Made by a program: the position numbers and the translations under genes. Positions 1 through 8,052 of a stretch of DNA of 64,000 nucleotides are shown piece after piece. The notes beneath the pieces were generated by a model. The model was not told the DNA's origin, made no database searches, and saw nothing but the letters and a program-made list of their open reading frames with translations. Origin of the DNA: Chloroflexota bacterium (GTDB lineage Bacteria; Chloroflexota; Chloroflexia; QHBQ01; JADMIH01); assembly GCA_039932335.1 (NCBI GenBank), contig JBDTQH010000030.1, forward strand, positions 1,593 to 65,592. The letters are read 5' to 3'. Numbering within the stretch: position 1 is the first letter of the stretch; every line of letters starts with the position of its first letter.

Positions 1-27
1 ATATAGTGCGGCGCGGTGTCGGAGTGG

Positions 28-303
28 TCATGCGTCACCCCCTTCCTCCGCCTGTGCCCTTCGGTGCGCAGGAGTCAGAAGCTCGCCGAAAGTCGCGCTT
101 AGAGTGGGCATCTCCCAGATTGGATCGTCTGGAATAGAGCCTGCATAGCTCCGGTCAGGCGGCACCGGCAGGTTCTGGAAATATTGTGCCACAGCATCCC
201 GCACCACCGCGCTGAGCGGCATCCCCAGCTCCTGTGCTCTCTCTACAAGACGCTCATACATACCACGTTCCATATTGAGGTGAACGTCAATATTCAGATT
301 CAT
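28..303 (-). CDS. ribbon-helix-helix (CopG/antitoxin-like) DNA-binding protein
   Basis: 91-aa ORF with AGGAG ~7 nt upstream of the ATG at 303. N-terminal strand-helix-helix pattern NIDVHLNMERGMYERLVERAQELGMPLSAVVRDAVAQYF. Any partner gene would lie outside the window. Confidence 0.5.
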   Translation of the reverse strand: MNLNIDVHLNMERGMYERLVERAQELGMPLSAVVRDAVAQYFQNLPVPPDRSYAGSIPDDPIWEMPTLSATFGELLTPAHRRAQAEEGGDA

Positions 304-380
304 ATGATGCTCCTATCTTTCGGGGCTAAATTCCCCCCGCGCCAGTGTACACCGTGTCGGCTAAGTAGTCAATGCGGGGC

Positions 381-520
381 GTGAAGGGTGAAACGTGAGG
401 CGTGAAACGTGAGCTACTGCGTACTGCGTAGTTGTCAGTTGTCAGTATTACGGCGGTCGGCGGTCGGCGGTCTGCCGTCGGCGGTCATACGCAGTACGCA
501 GTACGCAGTACGAAATACGC
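381..520. repeat. composite heptamer-array element, copy A
   Basis: 20 consecutive in-phase 7-mers: GTGARRC x5, ACTGCGT x2, AGTTGTC x2, AGTATTA, CGGCGGT x3, CTGCCGT, CGGCGGT, CATACGC, AGTACGC-type x4. ACTGCGT (416-429) is the complement of the AGTACGC block (493-513). Confidence 0.9.
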
Positions 521-587
521 TATAATAGCGTCAGTCTTATATCCGGCGTGGCCGAGCCATAGCTATATATCGAGAGAGGCAATCTAA

Positions 588-1520
588 ATGAGTAAGAAGA
601 AAGACAAAAAGGACGATAAGAAGAAGTCAAGATCGTCCCCGACGCAGATAGAGAGCAAGATTGCGGCAGAAGTGCAGCCTGAGAAGATAGTGGGCGACGG
701 CTCACCCCGCATCGATTATCCACGCTATCGGGTCGAGCCTGGGAAGAACGTCTCGCTGAAGGACATAGACCCCGATGAGTCAGAGGGTTTCGGTACGAAA
801 GCGGAGATTGCCGCAGAGCTTGAGAGGCTGAACCAGAAGCTAAGCGATTTGCAGGAGCGCCTCTATGCTGAAGGCAAGCGGAGCATGCTAATCGTGCTGC
901 AAGCTATGGACACCGGAGGCAAAGACGGCACCATCAAGCATGTGTTCGAGGGGGTCAACGCGCAGGGGTGCCAGGTTGCCAGCTTCAAAGCGCCTAGCCC
1001 CGAGGAACTGGCTCACGATTTCCTGTGGCGCTGCCATCAGAAGACGCCGGGACGCGGCATGATAACTATATTCAACCGCTCGCACTATGAGGACGTGCTG
1101 GTGGTGAGAGTGAAGAAATTCGTGCCCGAAGAGGTCTGGCAGCAGCGATATAGCCTGATCAACGATTTCGAGAGGCTCCTCACGGAGAACAATACTGTGG
1201 TGCTCAAGTTCCTCCTGCACATCTCGAAGGACGAGCAGAAACGACGCCTGCAGGCGCGTATTGACACACCCGAAAAGGAGTGGAAGTTCGCCAGTGGTGA
1301 CCTTGTAGAACGAGCACTGTGGGACGATTACATGGCCGCTTACGAGGATGCCATCAATAGATGCTCCACTGAATATGCACCGTGGTACGTTGTGCCCGCC
1401 AACCACAAGTGGTACCGCAACCTCGTAATCGCACGGGCCATCACCGACACTTTGGAGGCGATGAACCCACAGTTCCCGCCACCGGAACCGGACCTCAAGA
1501 AGATAGTAATACCGGACTGA
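588..1520 (+). CDS. ppk2: polyphosphate kinase 2 family (polyphosphate:nucleotide phosphotransferase)
   Basis: 310 aa. Motifs LQAMDTGGKDGTIKHV (P-loop-like), FNRSHYEDVLVVRV and WYVVPANHKWYRN are typical of PPK2. Purine-rich RBS upstream. Confidence 0.9.
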   Translation: MSKKKDKKDDKKKSRSSPTQIESKIAAEVQPEKIVGDGSPRIDYPRYRVEPGKNVSLKDIDPDESEGFGTKAEIAAELERLNQKLSDLQERLYAEGKRSMLIVLQAMDTGGKDGTIKHVFEGVNAQGCQVASFKAPSPEELAHDFLWRCHQKTPGRGMITIFNRSHYEDVLVVRVKKFVPEEVWQQRYSLINDFERLLTENNTVVLKFLLHISKDEQKRRLQARIDTPEKEWKFASGDLVERALWDDYMAAYEDAINRCSTEYAPWYVVPANHKWYRNLVIARAITDTLEAMNPQFPPPEPDLKKIVIPD

Positions 1521-1550
1521 AATGCATGAGTAAGTGAGTGGCGTGGGCAA

Positions 1551-4430
1551 CTATGCCTCGGCGGTAGTATTGCCGACCATCTGCAAGGGCAACCTGACTG
1601 TGAAGGTCGATCCTTTGCCCAGGACGCTGCTTACGCTTATCTTGCCGCCATGCTGGTCCACGATGTACTTCGCGCTGGCGAGACCGATTCCGGCACCGCT
1701 AATGCGGCCTGACGCGGCTTTGGCGCGGCGATACCACTCGAAGATATTGGGTACGTCCTCAGGTGGGATGCCTATGCCTTCGTCGCGTACGGTCACCACC
1801 GCCTGATCGCCTTCGCCGGTATCGGGCGTTTCTCGGGTAATGCCTACAGTAATCTTGCCCCTGCTCGGGCTATACTTAATAGCGTTAGATATAACATTAT
1901 CAAGCACCTGTTCGAGACGCATACCGTCCCACTGCCCGACCAGGGAAGGCACCGAGGAGACGAATTGAATGTCGTGGGTGTCTATGCTGTGTTGGAACTC
2001 CAGCACTACGCTGCGAGCCATCTCAACGAGATCGACGGGTCGGGTTTGGAGCGTTAGCGACTGCCCGGCCTGAAGTCTGCCGAAGTCAAGCAAGTCGTTC
2101 AGCAGCACATTCATTCGCTTTGTCGCCTCATCTATCCGTAGAACAGGCATAAGAGCGCGAAGCACATCCGGCCCACCCGCATTAGAGATCCGCCGCCTGA
2201 GTAGCTGAGAGTTGCCTTTGATAGCAGCCAGCGGGTTCTTCAGGTCGTGCGACACAATCGCAAGTAGCTCATCGCGCACCCGCACGGCTGCTTCGGCCTC
2301 CTGCCGCGCCTCGTGCTCGCTGGCAAGAAGCAGTAGGCGCTCTTCCTCTTCCTGCTTTCGCTCGGTAATGTCCTGCGACACCAGGATTGCTTCGCGCAGG
2401 TCAGGTGCATCGCTGAGAAGCGCGGAGGTTATCAGGAACGTCCGTTCGCGGCCATCCCTGTAGCGCAAAAGGATCTCGGTCGAAGCTACCGCTTCTCCTT
2501 TCCAGAGGGTCGCTTGCAGGGGCATTTCTTCTTCAGCGATCGAGCTGCCGTCAGGCCACAGGTATTCGTAGTTCCTGTTGCCGAGTACATTATCAGACGT
2601 CATATCGATCCCTAGCTGCTCCTGGCCCACCCTGTTTATAAGGTTCCAGACAATGGTGCGCCTACGGGGGTCGCTCTGCGCTATAAAGACACCTACGGGC
2701 ATCTCATCGATGACATGAGCCAGCCGCTCGTATTGCGCCTTGATTGCCGCTGCTTGAATCCGTACCTGCTCCTGTAGCTGTCTGCGCTCATGCACATCGG
2801 TAATCACGCCTGTCCACTCGCGCAACGTGCCATCCCTGGTGAACACAGGAACCGCGCGCACATTCACAAAATGGTACTCTTCGCTCGCTGCGTGCCAGAG
2901 GCGCGTGCTTACCGAGTAAAGAGTGTGCGTCTGAACGGACTGTATCCACTGCTCGGTGATCATCCTGCGGTCATCGGGATGGATCATGTCGACCCACCCG
3001 TTGCCCTTATGTTCTTCCCAGGATTGGCCCGTATACTCCTCCCAGGATGGCTGCGGCTCCACTAACGATCCCGTCGGATCAGTTGTCCACACGATCGACG
3101 TTGTGGCAACTATCAGCGAGCGGAACCGCTCTTCGCTCTGGCTGAGAGCTTCCTGCACCTTCTTGCGCTCGGTGATATCAATCGTGATGCCGCGCATTCC
3201 TATCGGCTTGCCGTCGTCATCGACCACCACGCTGTCACTCGACTCCACCCAGAGCACGCGCCCATCCTTCGCTATCCAGCGAAAGGAGTTGCTACCACCG
3301 TAGCCCTGCTCGAAGTGTCTGGCAGCTTCAGCCGCCGCTGCTTCGCGGTCGTCAGGGTGTACTATAGTCAGCCAGAAATTAGGTGTGGCGAGCCACTCTT
3401 CCGCCTTATATCCAAGCATCTGCTCTACATAGCTGCTGACATAATTGATGCGCTGTGTTTCGACATCAGGGTTGCCCGAAGCCTCCCAGACCACTGCCGG
3501 CACATGTCCAACGATATTGTCCAGGCGTTGTTTCTGGTACTGGTTGTCGATGAGCAGGCTCGCGTTGTGTGCTTCCGCGCGCTTACGTTCTACAATCTCG
3601 GCCTGAAGATCTCGATTGAGAGCCTGAAGCTGAGAAGTACGCTCGCTCACACGCTGCTCAAGGTCAGAGTTCAAGCGCCTGATTTCTTCGTCTGCCCGCT
3701 TCTGGTCGGTAATATCATAGCCGCTCCCCAGGTAGCCCGCGAAGTTGCCGTCGCTGTCGCTGAAGGGTGCGCCGTGATCACTTACCCAGCGGTACTCGCC
3801 GTCGTGCCTGCGAAGGCGATATTCCATAACGAAGGGTTCCCGAGCATAGGAGGCGCCAAGATATGTCTCAAGGCAGTGGTCGCGGTCGTCCGGGTGGATG
3901 CCGTCGATCCAACCGTCACCAAGCTCCTGTTCAAGGCTGCGGCCGGTAAAGTTGAGCCAGGTCTTATTGAAGTAGTTGCACTTCGCGTCGAGGCCTGAGC
4001 GCCAGACAAGAGCGGGGAAATCTTCAAGAAGAGTAAGATAGAAATCACGCGACCTCTTTATCTCTTGCTCCAGCTTCTTCCGCTCTGTAATGTCGCGGAT
4101 GAGTACCTGGAAGCGCCCATCGCTCAACATACGGGCGCTAAGCTCAACGCACAGTTCTGAGCCGTCTTTCCGAATCAGGAGACGCTCGCCAATCAAGGGC
4201 TGCCCGCTACGCAAGGCCTCGTACCTGAGAGGCGTATCCTCCAGGTCATCGCGCGCGATTACATCGGAGACATTGAGGGCGAGCAGCTCTTCGCGAGTAT
4301 AGCCTATCAATTCGCTGGCGCGCGTGTTCGCCTCAACGATCCTGCCTTGCTGATTGTAGATGGCTATACCATCGGAGGCTTGCTCAACAAGGATGCGGTA
4401 TTTATCTTCGTTAGCGTCGTTGCTGCCCAT
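1551..4430 (-). CDS. multi-PAS sensor histidine kinase (no receiver domain)
   Basis: 959 aa. Five PAS/PAC-like modules each end in a D(I/V)T(E/D)(R/Q)K-type motif. H-box SHDLKNPLAAI. ATPase boxes NAIKYSP, DEGIGIP, GAGIGLA. Confidence 0.9.
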   Translation of the reverse strand: MGSNDANEDKYRILVEQASDGIAIYNQQGRIVEANTRASELIGYTREELLALNVSDVIARDDLEDTPLRYEALRSGQPLIGERLLIRKDGSELCVELSARMLSDGRFQVLIRDITERKKLEQEIKRSRDFYLTLLEDFPALVWRSGLDAKCNYFNKTWLNFTGRSLEQELGDGWIDGIHPDDRDHCLETYLGASYAREPFVMEYRLRRHDGEYRWVSDHGAPFSDSDGNFAGYLGSGYDITDQKRADEEIRRLNSDLEQRVSERTSQLQALNRDLQAEIVERKRAEAHNASLLIDNQYQKQRLDNIVGHVPAVVWEASGNPDVETQRINYVSSYVEQMLGYKAEEWLATPNFWLTIVHPDDREAAAAEAARHFEQGYGGSNSFRWIAKDGRVLWVESSDSVVVDDDGKPIGMRGITIDITERKKVQEALSQSEERFRSLIVATTSIVWTTDPTGSLVEPQPSWEEYTGQSWEEHKGNGWVDMIHPDDRRMITEQWIQSVQTHTLYSVSTRLWHAASEEYHFVNVRAVPVFTRDGTLREWTGVITDVHERRQLQEQVRIQAAAIKAQYERLAHVIDEMPVGVFIAQSDPRRRTIVWNLINRVGQEQLGIDMTSDNVLGNRNYEYLWPDGSSIAEEEMPLQATLWKGEAVASTEILLRYRDGRERTFLITSALLSDAPDLREAILVSQDITERKQEEEERLLLLASEHEARQEAEAAVRVRDELLAIVSHDLKNPLAAIKGNSQLLRRRISNAGGPDVLRALMPVLRIDEATKRMNVLLNDLLDFGRLQAGQSLTLQTRPVDLVEMARSVVLEFQHSIDTHDIQFVSSVPSLVGQWDGMRLEQVLDNVISNAIKYSPSRGKITVGITRETPDTGEGDQAVVTVRDEGIGIPPEDVPNIFEWYRRAKAASGRISGAGIGLASAKYIVDQHGGKISVSSVLGKGSTFTVRLPLQMVGNTTAEA

Positions 4431-4490
4431 GTAAATTCTTCCCGGGACGGGCCGCGCAAAGTTGGAATGTATACACTAAGTTGTACGGCG

Positions 4491-5399
4491 TCACGTCTTC
4501 TGAAAGATGAGGATATATTGGTGCAACTGGTTGGCTACGAACCTGTATGGGTAGCCGAAGGGATAGAGGCGCGGTGTCTGGTCGTACCAGATTTTGCAGC
4601 CCCTGTAGAGAAGACCATCCAGCGCGGAGAGACGTATCACAAGGTCCGCATGGAGCATGTTGTGGTGCTCAGCGGTCGGTTGAAGGTCCTTGGCGAAGAT
4701 TACCATGTATCCTGACGGCTTCAGCAATTGGAGCGACAGGGACATTATACTCGTCAACTCGTCAAGAAAAGCGGGATAATGAAGATTGCCAAGATCCTGG
4801 GTGCTTGCCGTGAAAGGTGTCGAGGAGGAATCGCCTGTTTTCTTCTTCTTCTCACCGTTCTGCGGCCTGCGCATCATGTCGCCATAGGGAGGGTCGGTCA
4901 ACACCATGTCATAACGGCGGCCAGCCACTTCAGCCCGGTCGAGCATCTGGCGCGAGTCGGCGGCTATGGCAGTCTGTATGGGTAGGCCCTCCTGAGTAGC
5001 AACGCTATGGTAGGTCTCTATATAGTCAGCGGAGAGATCGACGCCTACGGCGTTGCGCTCCGCGAGAGAACAGCCCAGCAGAGTGCCGCCCACGCCCATA
5101 AACGGGTCGAGCACCCATTCACCACGCCTGGTAAAGAACTCTACTATCTTTGCCATCAATTGGGGTGGCTTGGGCGAGGGGTGGATGCGCCGCAGATTAT
5201 GGCCGTAGGATTGCGGGCCTGTGGTCGGGTAGGCGGTGGCGTCTACAGACGACAGGAAATGCACCCACTCGCGCCCCGTAAGGTCGTTCAGACGGTTTCT
5301 GGGGTCCCAGATTGAAGTCTGGGGTGTTAGTTTCGCCTTGGGAGCTTTAGTTTCCCGAAGCGACCGTTCGTATTTTGGGCGACGCTGTTCCTGGGCCAT
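4491..5399 (-). CDS. DNA methyltransferase, DPPY type (N6-adenine or N4-cytosine)
   Basis: 302 aa. HPSPKPPQL followed by AdoMet motif VLDPFMGVGGT, with catalytic LTDPPYG further downstream. GAGGAAG RBS. Confidence 0.8.
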   Translation of the reverse strand: MAQEQRRPKYERSLRETKAPKAKLTPQTSIWDPRNRLNDLTGREWVHFLSSVDATAYPTTGPQSYGHNLRRIHPSPKPPQLMAKIVEFFTRRGEWVLDPFMGVGGTLLGCSLAERNAVGVDLSADYIETYHSVATQEGLPIQTAIAADSRQMLDRAEVAGRRYDMVLTDPPYGDMMRRPQNGEKKKKTGDSSSTPFTASTQDLGNLHYPAFLDELTSIMSLSLQLLKPSGYMVIFAKDLQPTAEHHNMLHADLVIRLSALDGLLYRGCKIWYDQTPRLYPFGYPYRFVANQLHQYILIFQKT

Positions 5400-5466
5400 G
5401 GGCAGGCTTCCTCTGTCTAGAAGTTAGAAGTGTCTTTAGAGATCAAACGATCCGCGAAGGGTGCTG

Positions 5467-6540
5467 TTACGGACTGGTCTTTACCCAGTAGAGCATTTCC
5501 TGCACGGTGTTGCCTTTGTATGTGCGGGTTGTGCTATCGGCATCGGACCTGAAGCGGCGGTATTCACATGCGTACACTTCTACGTTCCCGCGCTGCGACA
5601 GCACCTCTACAACACGCTCGTGTGGAATGATTCCCTCATTGTTGTAGCTCATAAGGATCCAGTCTGCATGCGACTCGCAAACCAGCCGCGACAGGCTCTC
5701 TTCGGCCTGGCCGTTCTTGCAGTAGGCCGACATCTTGCCGTTCACGGCGCGCAGCCCGGCCACGCCCTTTATCTCAGGCTCATCGCCGAGCGCCAATGTT
5801 TCCAGCAGGTGATAATTTGTGGCGTACTGGCGGGAGTTATAGGGGGGATCTATGTAGAGCAGGTTGCACTCTTGCTGAGGGACTAGCTCGTTTGCGTCGG
5901 CCTGGTTCACGCTGTGATCGTGCGCGCTGTGTACAATCTGCGGCACATTAAGCATCAAGGGCTTATGGGCGCGTGGGTCCCAGCCTTTCAGGTAGGCGGC
6001 GTATGTGCCCGCCACGTTCGCGACGCGGGATACAGCTTCTATAAGGGCGGCCAGCAGCAAGTAACGCTCGCCGTCGGTGAGCCAACCCATCTCGCTCCAC
6101 CAGTTTATCTCTTTGCGAATGGCATCGATCCTCAGGGCGTTGGCGGAGGTGAAGTAGCGGCGTCCATCCACGCCGTCGGGCGAATAGTTGCGGTAGCAAA
6201 ACCCCTCGACTCCGCGCAGATTGTTCAAATGAGCAAAGATAAGCTGGATCGACACGGAAGGCCCGATACCTGGATCAACAACGCCCGCGTTGATCACACC
6301 GCTAAAAGTGGGCGCATCGTTCAGAGCGATGTAGGCATGCTGGAAGGCATACGAATAAGCCATAATATCGCCCGATATCACGCGCCAATCCTGCCGCTTC
6401 AGGTGACGAGCCACCGAGGTCGTGCCCGTGAAAGGGTCGCAGACAGTGAGCGGCCGAGCAGGCGTGCTGACAGCACGATGCATCATCAACACGTCGTCGA
6501 TGAAGTTTAGTAGACTGTCCTTGTTCCCGAGGTAACGCAT
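5467..6540 (-). CDS. D12-class (Dam-like) N6-adenine DNA methyltransferase
   Basis: 357 aa. N-terminal RYLGNK, motif I CDPFTGTTSV, catalytic YIDPPYNSRQY. Confidence 0.8.
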   Translation of the reverse strand: MRYLGNKDSLLNFIDDVLMMHRAVSTPARPLTVCDPFTGTTSVARHLKRQDWRVISGDIMAYSYAFQHAYIALNDAPTFSGVINAGVVDPGIGPSVSIQLIFAHLNNLRGVEGFCYRNYSPDGVDGRRYFTSANALRIDAIRKEINWWSEMGWLTDGERYLLLAALIEAVSRVANVAGTYAAYLKGWDPRAHKPLMLNVPQIVHSAHDHSVNQADANELVPQQECNLLYIDPPYNSRQYATNYHLLETLALGDEPEIKGVAGLRAVNGKMSAYCKNGQAEESLSRLVCESHADWILMSYNNEGIIPHERVVEVLSQRGNVEVYACEYRRFRSDADSTTRTYKGNTVQEMLYWVKTSP

Positions 6541-6626
6541 CGCTGATCATCTCCACGGGGTTACGATACCGGACACTATAATTTAGCTATTATGCCCTAT
6601 GTTGGATGGCGATGCAAGAACGGGGA

Positions 6627-6759
6627 ACGAAACGTAAAGAGTAAAACGTAAAACGGGGGATATTGCGTACTCCGTACTGCGTAGTTGTCAGTTGTCAGTT
6701 GTCAGTATTACGGCGGTCGGCGGCCTGCCGTCGGCGGTCATACGCAGTACGCAGTATTG
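6627..6759. repeat. composite heptamer-array element, copy B
   Basis: 19 in-phase 7-mers in the same module order as copy A: GTAAAAC-type x4, (A)CTGCGT-type x3, AGTTGTC x3, AGTATTA, CGGCGGT x2, CTGCCGT, CGGCGGT, CATACGC, AGTACGC. Confidence 0.9.
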
Positions 6760-6780
6760 TAAGTGTTCAGACTTGAGATG

Positions 6781-6895
6781 CAGCGGGGGTGCAGGGGCGA
6801 AGCCCATGACGGGGTATGGGGGTGTCCCCCATTCTCCCATTCTTCTTTAGACTCCCCTCCCACGCGTGGGAGGGGTTGGGGGTGGGTCTTCCCAT
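6781..6895. repeat. G-rich mosaic repeat, copy 1
   Basis: Contains GCAGGGGCGAAGCCC, a GGGGGTGTCCCCC hairpin, and a perfect 22-bp palindrome CCCCTCCCACGCGTGGGAGGGG (6854-6875). The palindrome overlaps GGGAGGGGTTGGGGGTGGG (6868-6886). Related copies lie at 15111, 23620 and 52960. Confidence 0.85.
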
Positions 6896-7016
6896 AGCGA
6901 GATGAGAGGTTGCTCCACCCTAAATCTGAACATTTACGCAGTAACGCGCGTTTTACGTTTCCCGCCATATATGATAAACTTCCCCTGTTAAACAGCCTTG
7001 GAAGGGACTTATTTCG

Positions 7017-7964
7017 TTGCAGTTTGATCCGGTACAAACTATAGAGGCCTGGGGGCTGACTGTGCTGCTCTATCCTGGGGTGGTGTTTGCGGCCCTGGTT
7101 GTGCTGATCGGCGAATGGTTGGTGGGCACGATACGCCCGCTGCTCGCGCCCAGGCTCTACCGTGGGCAGGCGCGATTGTACAGTCTGCTCCAGCCCCTCT
7201 ACACGTTCCTGAAGCTACTGGGGCGTCAGGAGGCTGTGCGCTGGCAGCGTTCGGGCGATAGGCCTGTAGCGCCTTCACACCCGGGCGAGAGCATCCTGGG
7301 GGTTGTGGGAGCGATTGCCCCGCTGCTTGCCCTGTCGTTGCTGCCCACGGGGGGCAATTCTATCGAGCGCCAGCTGGGCGCTGTGGGCGACCTGCTGATT
7401 GTGCTGCTCCTCCTGGCTGTACAACCCGTTGCAAACGCAATACTGAAGTTGCGCGAGGGCGGGATTGAGGCCATGAACGGGGCACGTGCTCTTGGCCGCT
7501 TACTGGCAGGGTTACTGCCGACCATGCTGTTGCTGGCCGCACTTGTCGAGGTATCCGGGGGACATTCGCTGCAGTTGGCGAATCTTACCGTAGCACCACT
7601 GACCGCTCAACAGACGCTCGTAAGGCTACTGGCCGGTGTGGCCCTAATTGTCGCGCTCCCCTGGTGGTCAGGCCTGAGCAAAGAGCAGGCCAGTGGGAGT
7701 GCCGGCGCATACGCTGGACGGCTCCTGCAATCGGTGGCTCTCGCTGCGTTCTGGGCTGTTGTAATCCTTCCCGCGCCGGGCGCTCTGCCCTGGGCGGTGG
7801 CTCTATTTATTGCAGCAACGCTCTTTGCCTACGTCGCGATGCGCACAATAGCAGAGCGATGGGCACCTGCCCGCCGTGAAGGTGACGCAACGAACCTTCT
7901 CTGGGCAACCACCCTTCCACTCGCCGCAGTCGCGCTCATACTGGCGTTCTGGACTGGGGTGTGA
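7017..7964 (+). CDS. polytopic membrane protein; N-terminus weakly resembles the NuoH/HycD family
   Basis: 315-aa hydrophobic ORF with a TTG start. The segment RLYSLLQPLYTFLKLLGRQE resembles the GLLQPxADxxKxxxKE signature of NADH dehydrogenase subunit 1-type proteins. No other complex I or hydrogenase genes are nearby. Confidence 0.45.
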   Translation: MQFDPVQTIEAWGLTVLLYPGVVFAALVVLIGEWLVGTIRPLLAPRLYRGQARLYSLLQPLYTFLKLLGRQEAVRWQRSGDRPVAPSHPGESILGVVGAIAPLLALSLLPTGGNSIERQLGAVGDLLIVLLLLAVQPVANAILKLREGGIEAMNGARALGRLLAGLLPTMLLLAALVEVSGGHSLQLANLTVAPLTAQQTLVRLLAGVALIVALPWWSGLSKEQASGSAGAYAGRLLQSVALAAFWAVVILPAPGALPWAVALFIAATLFAYVAMRTIAERWAPARREGDATNLLWATTLPLAAVALILAFWTGV

Positions 7965-8020
7965 CCGGGGTGACCACCACTGACCACTGTCCCTAAAGGG
8001 AACCCCGACCGCCGACCGCC
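7961..8020. repeat. short fragment related to the heptamer elements
   Basis: TGACC-containing units at 7962, 7971 and 7981, plus CGACCGC x2 (8006-8019). The latter is the complement of the GCGGTCG core unit. Confidence 0.4.
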
Positions 8021-8052
8021 ATTAATCGTTAGTTTATATTCCCAAACCCACT

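Noticed and set aside
381-520. Tandem short repeats that might be mistaken for a CRISPR array.
   Set aside because: The units are 7 nt and directly abutting, with no unique spacers of 25-40 nt. There are no cas genes in the window.
6738-7037. 99-aa ORF on the minus strand. Similar ORFs lie at 15013-15351, 23546-23836, 23751-24251, 52910-53101 and 52980-53246.
   Set aside because: They are translations of the G-rich mosaic repeats (peptides such as GGHPHTP, GDTPIPP, LPRVGGE). They have no RBS, and the same repeat is read in different frames and strands at different loci.
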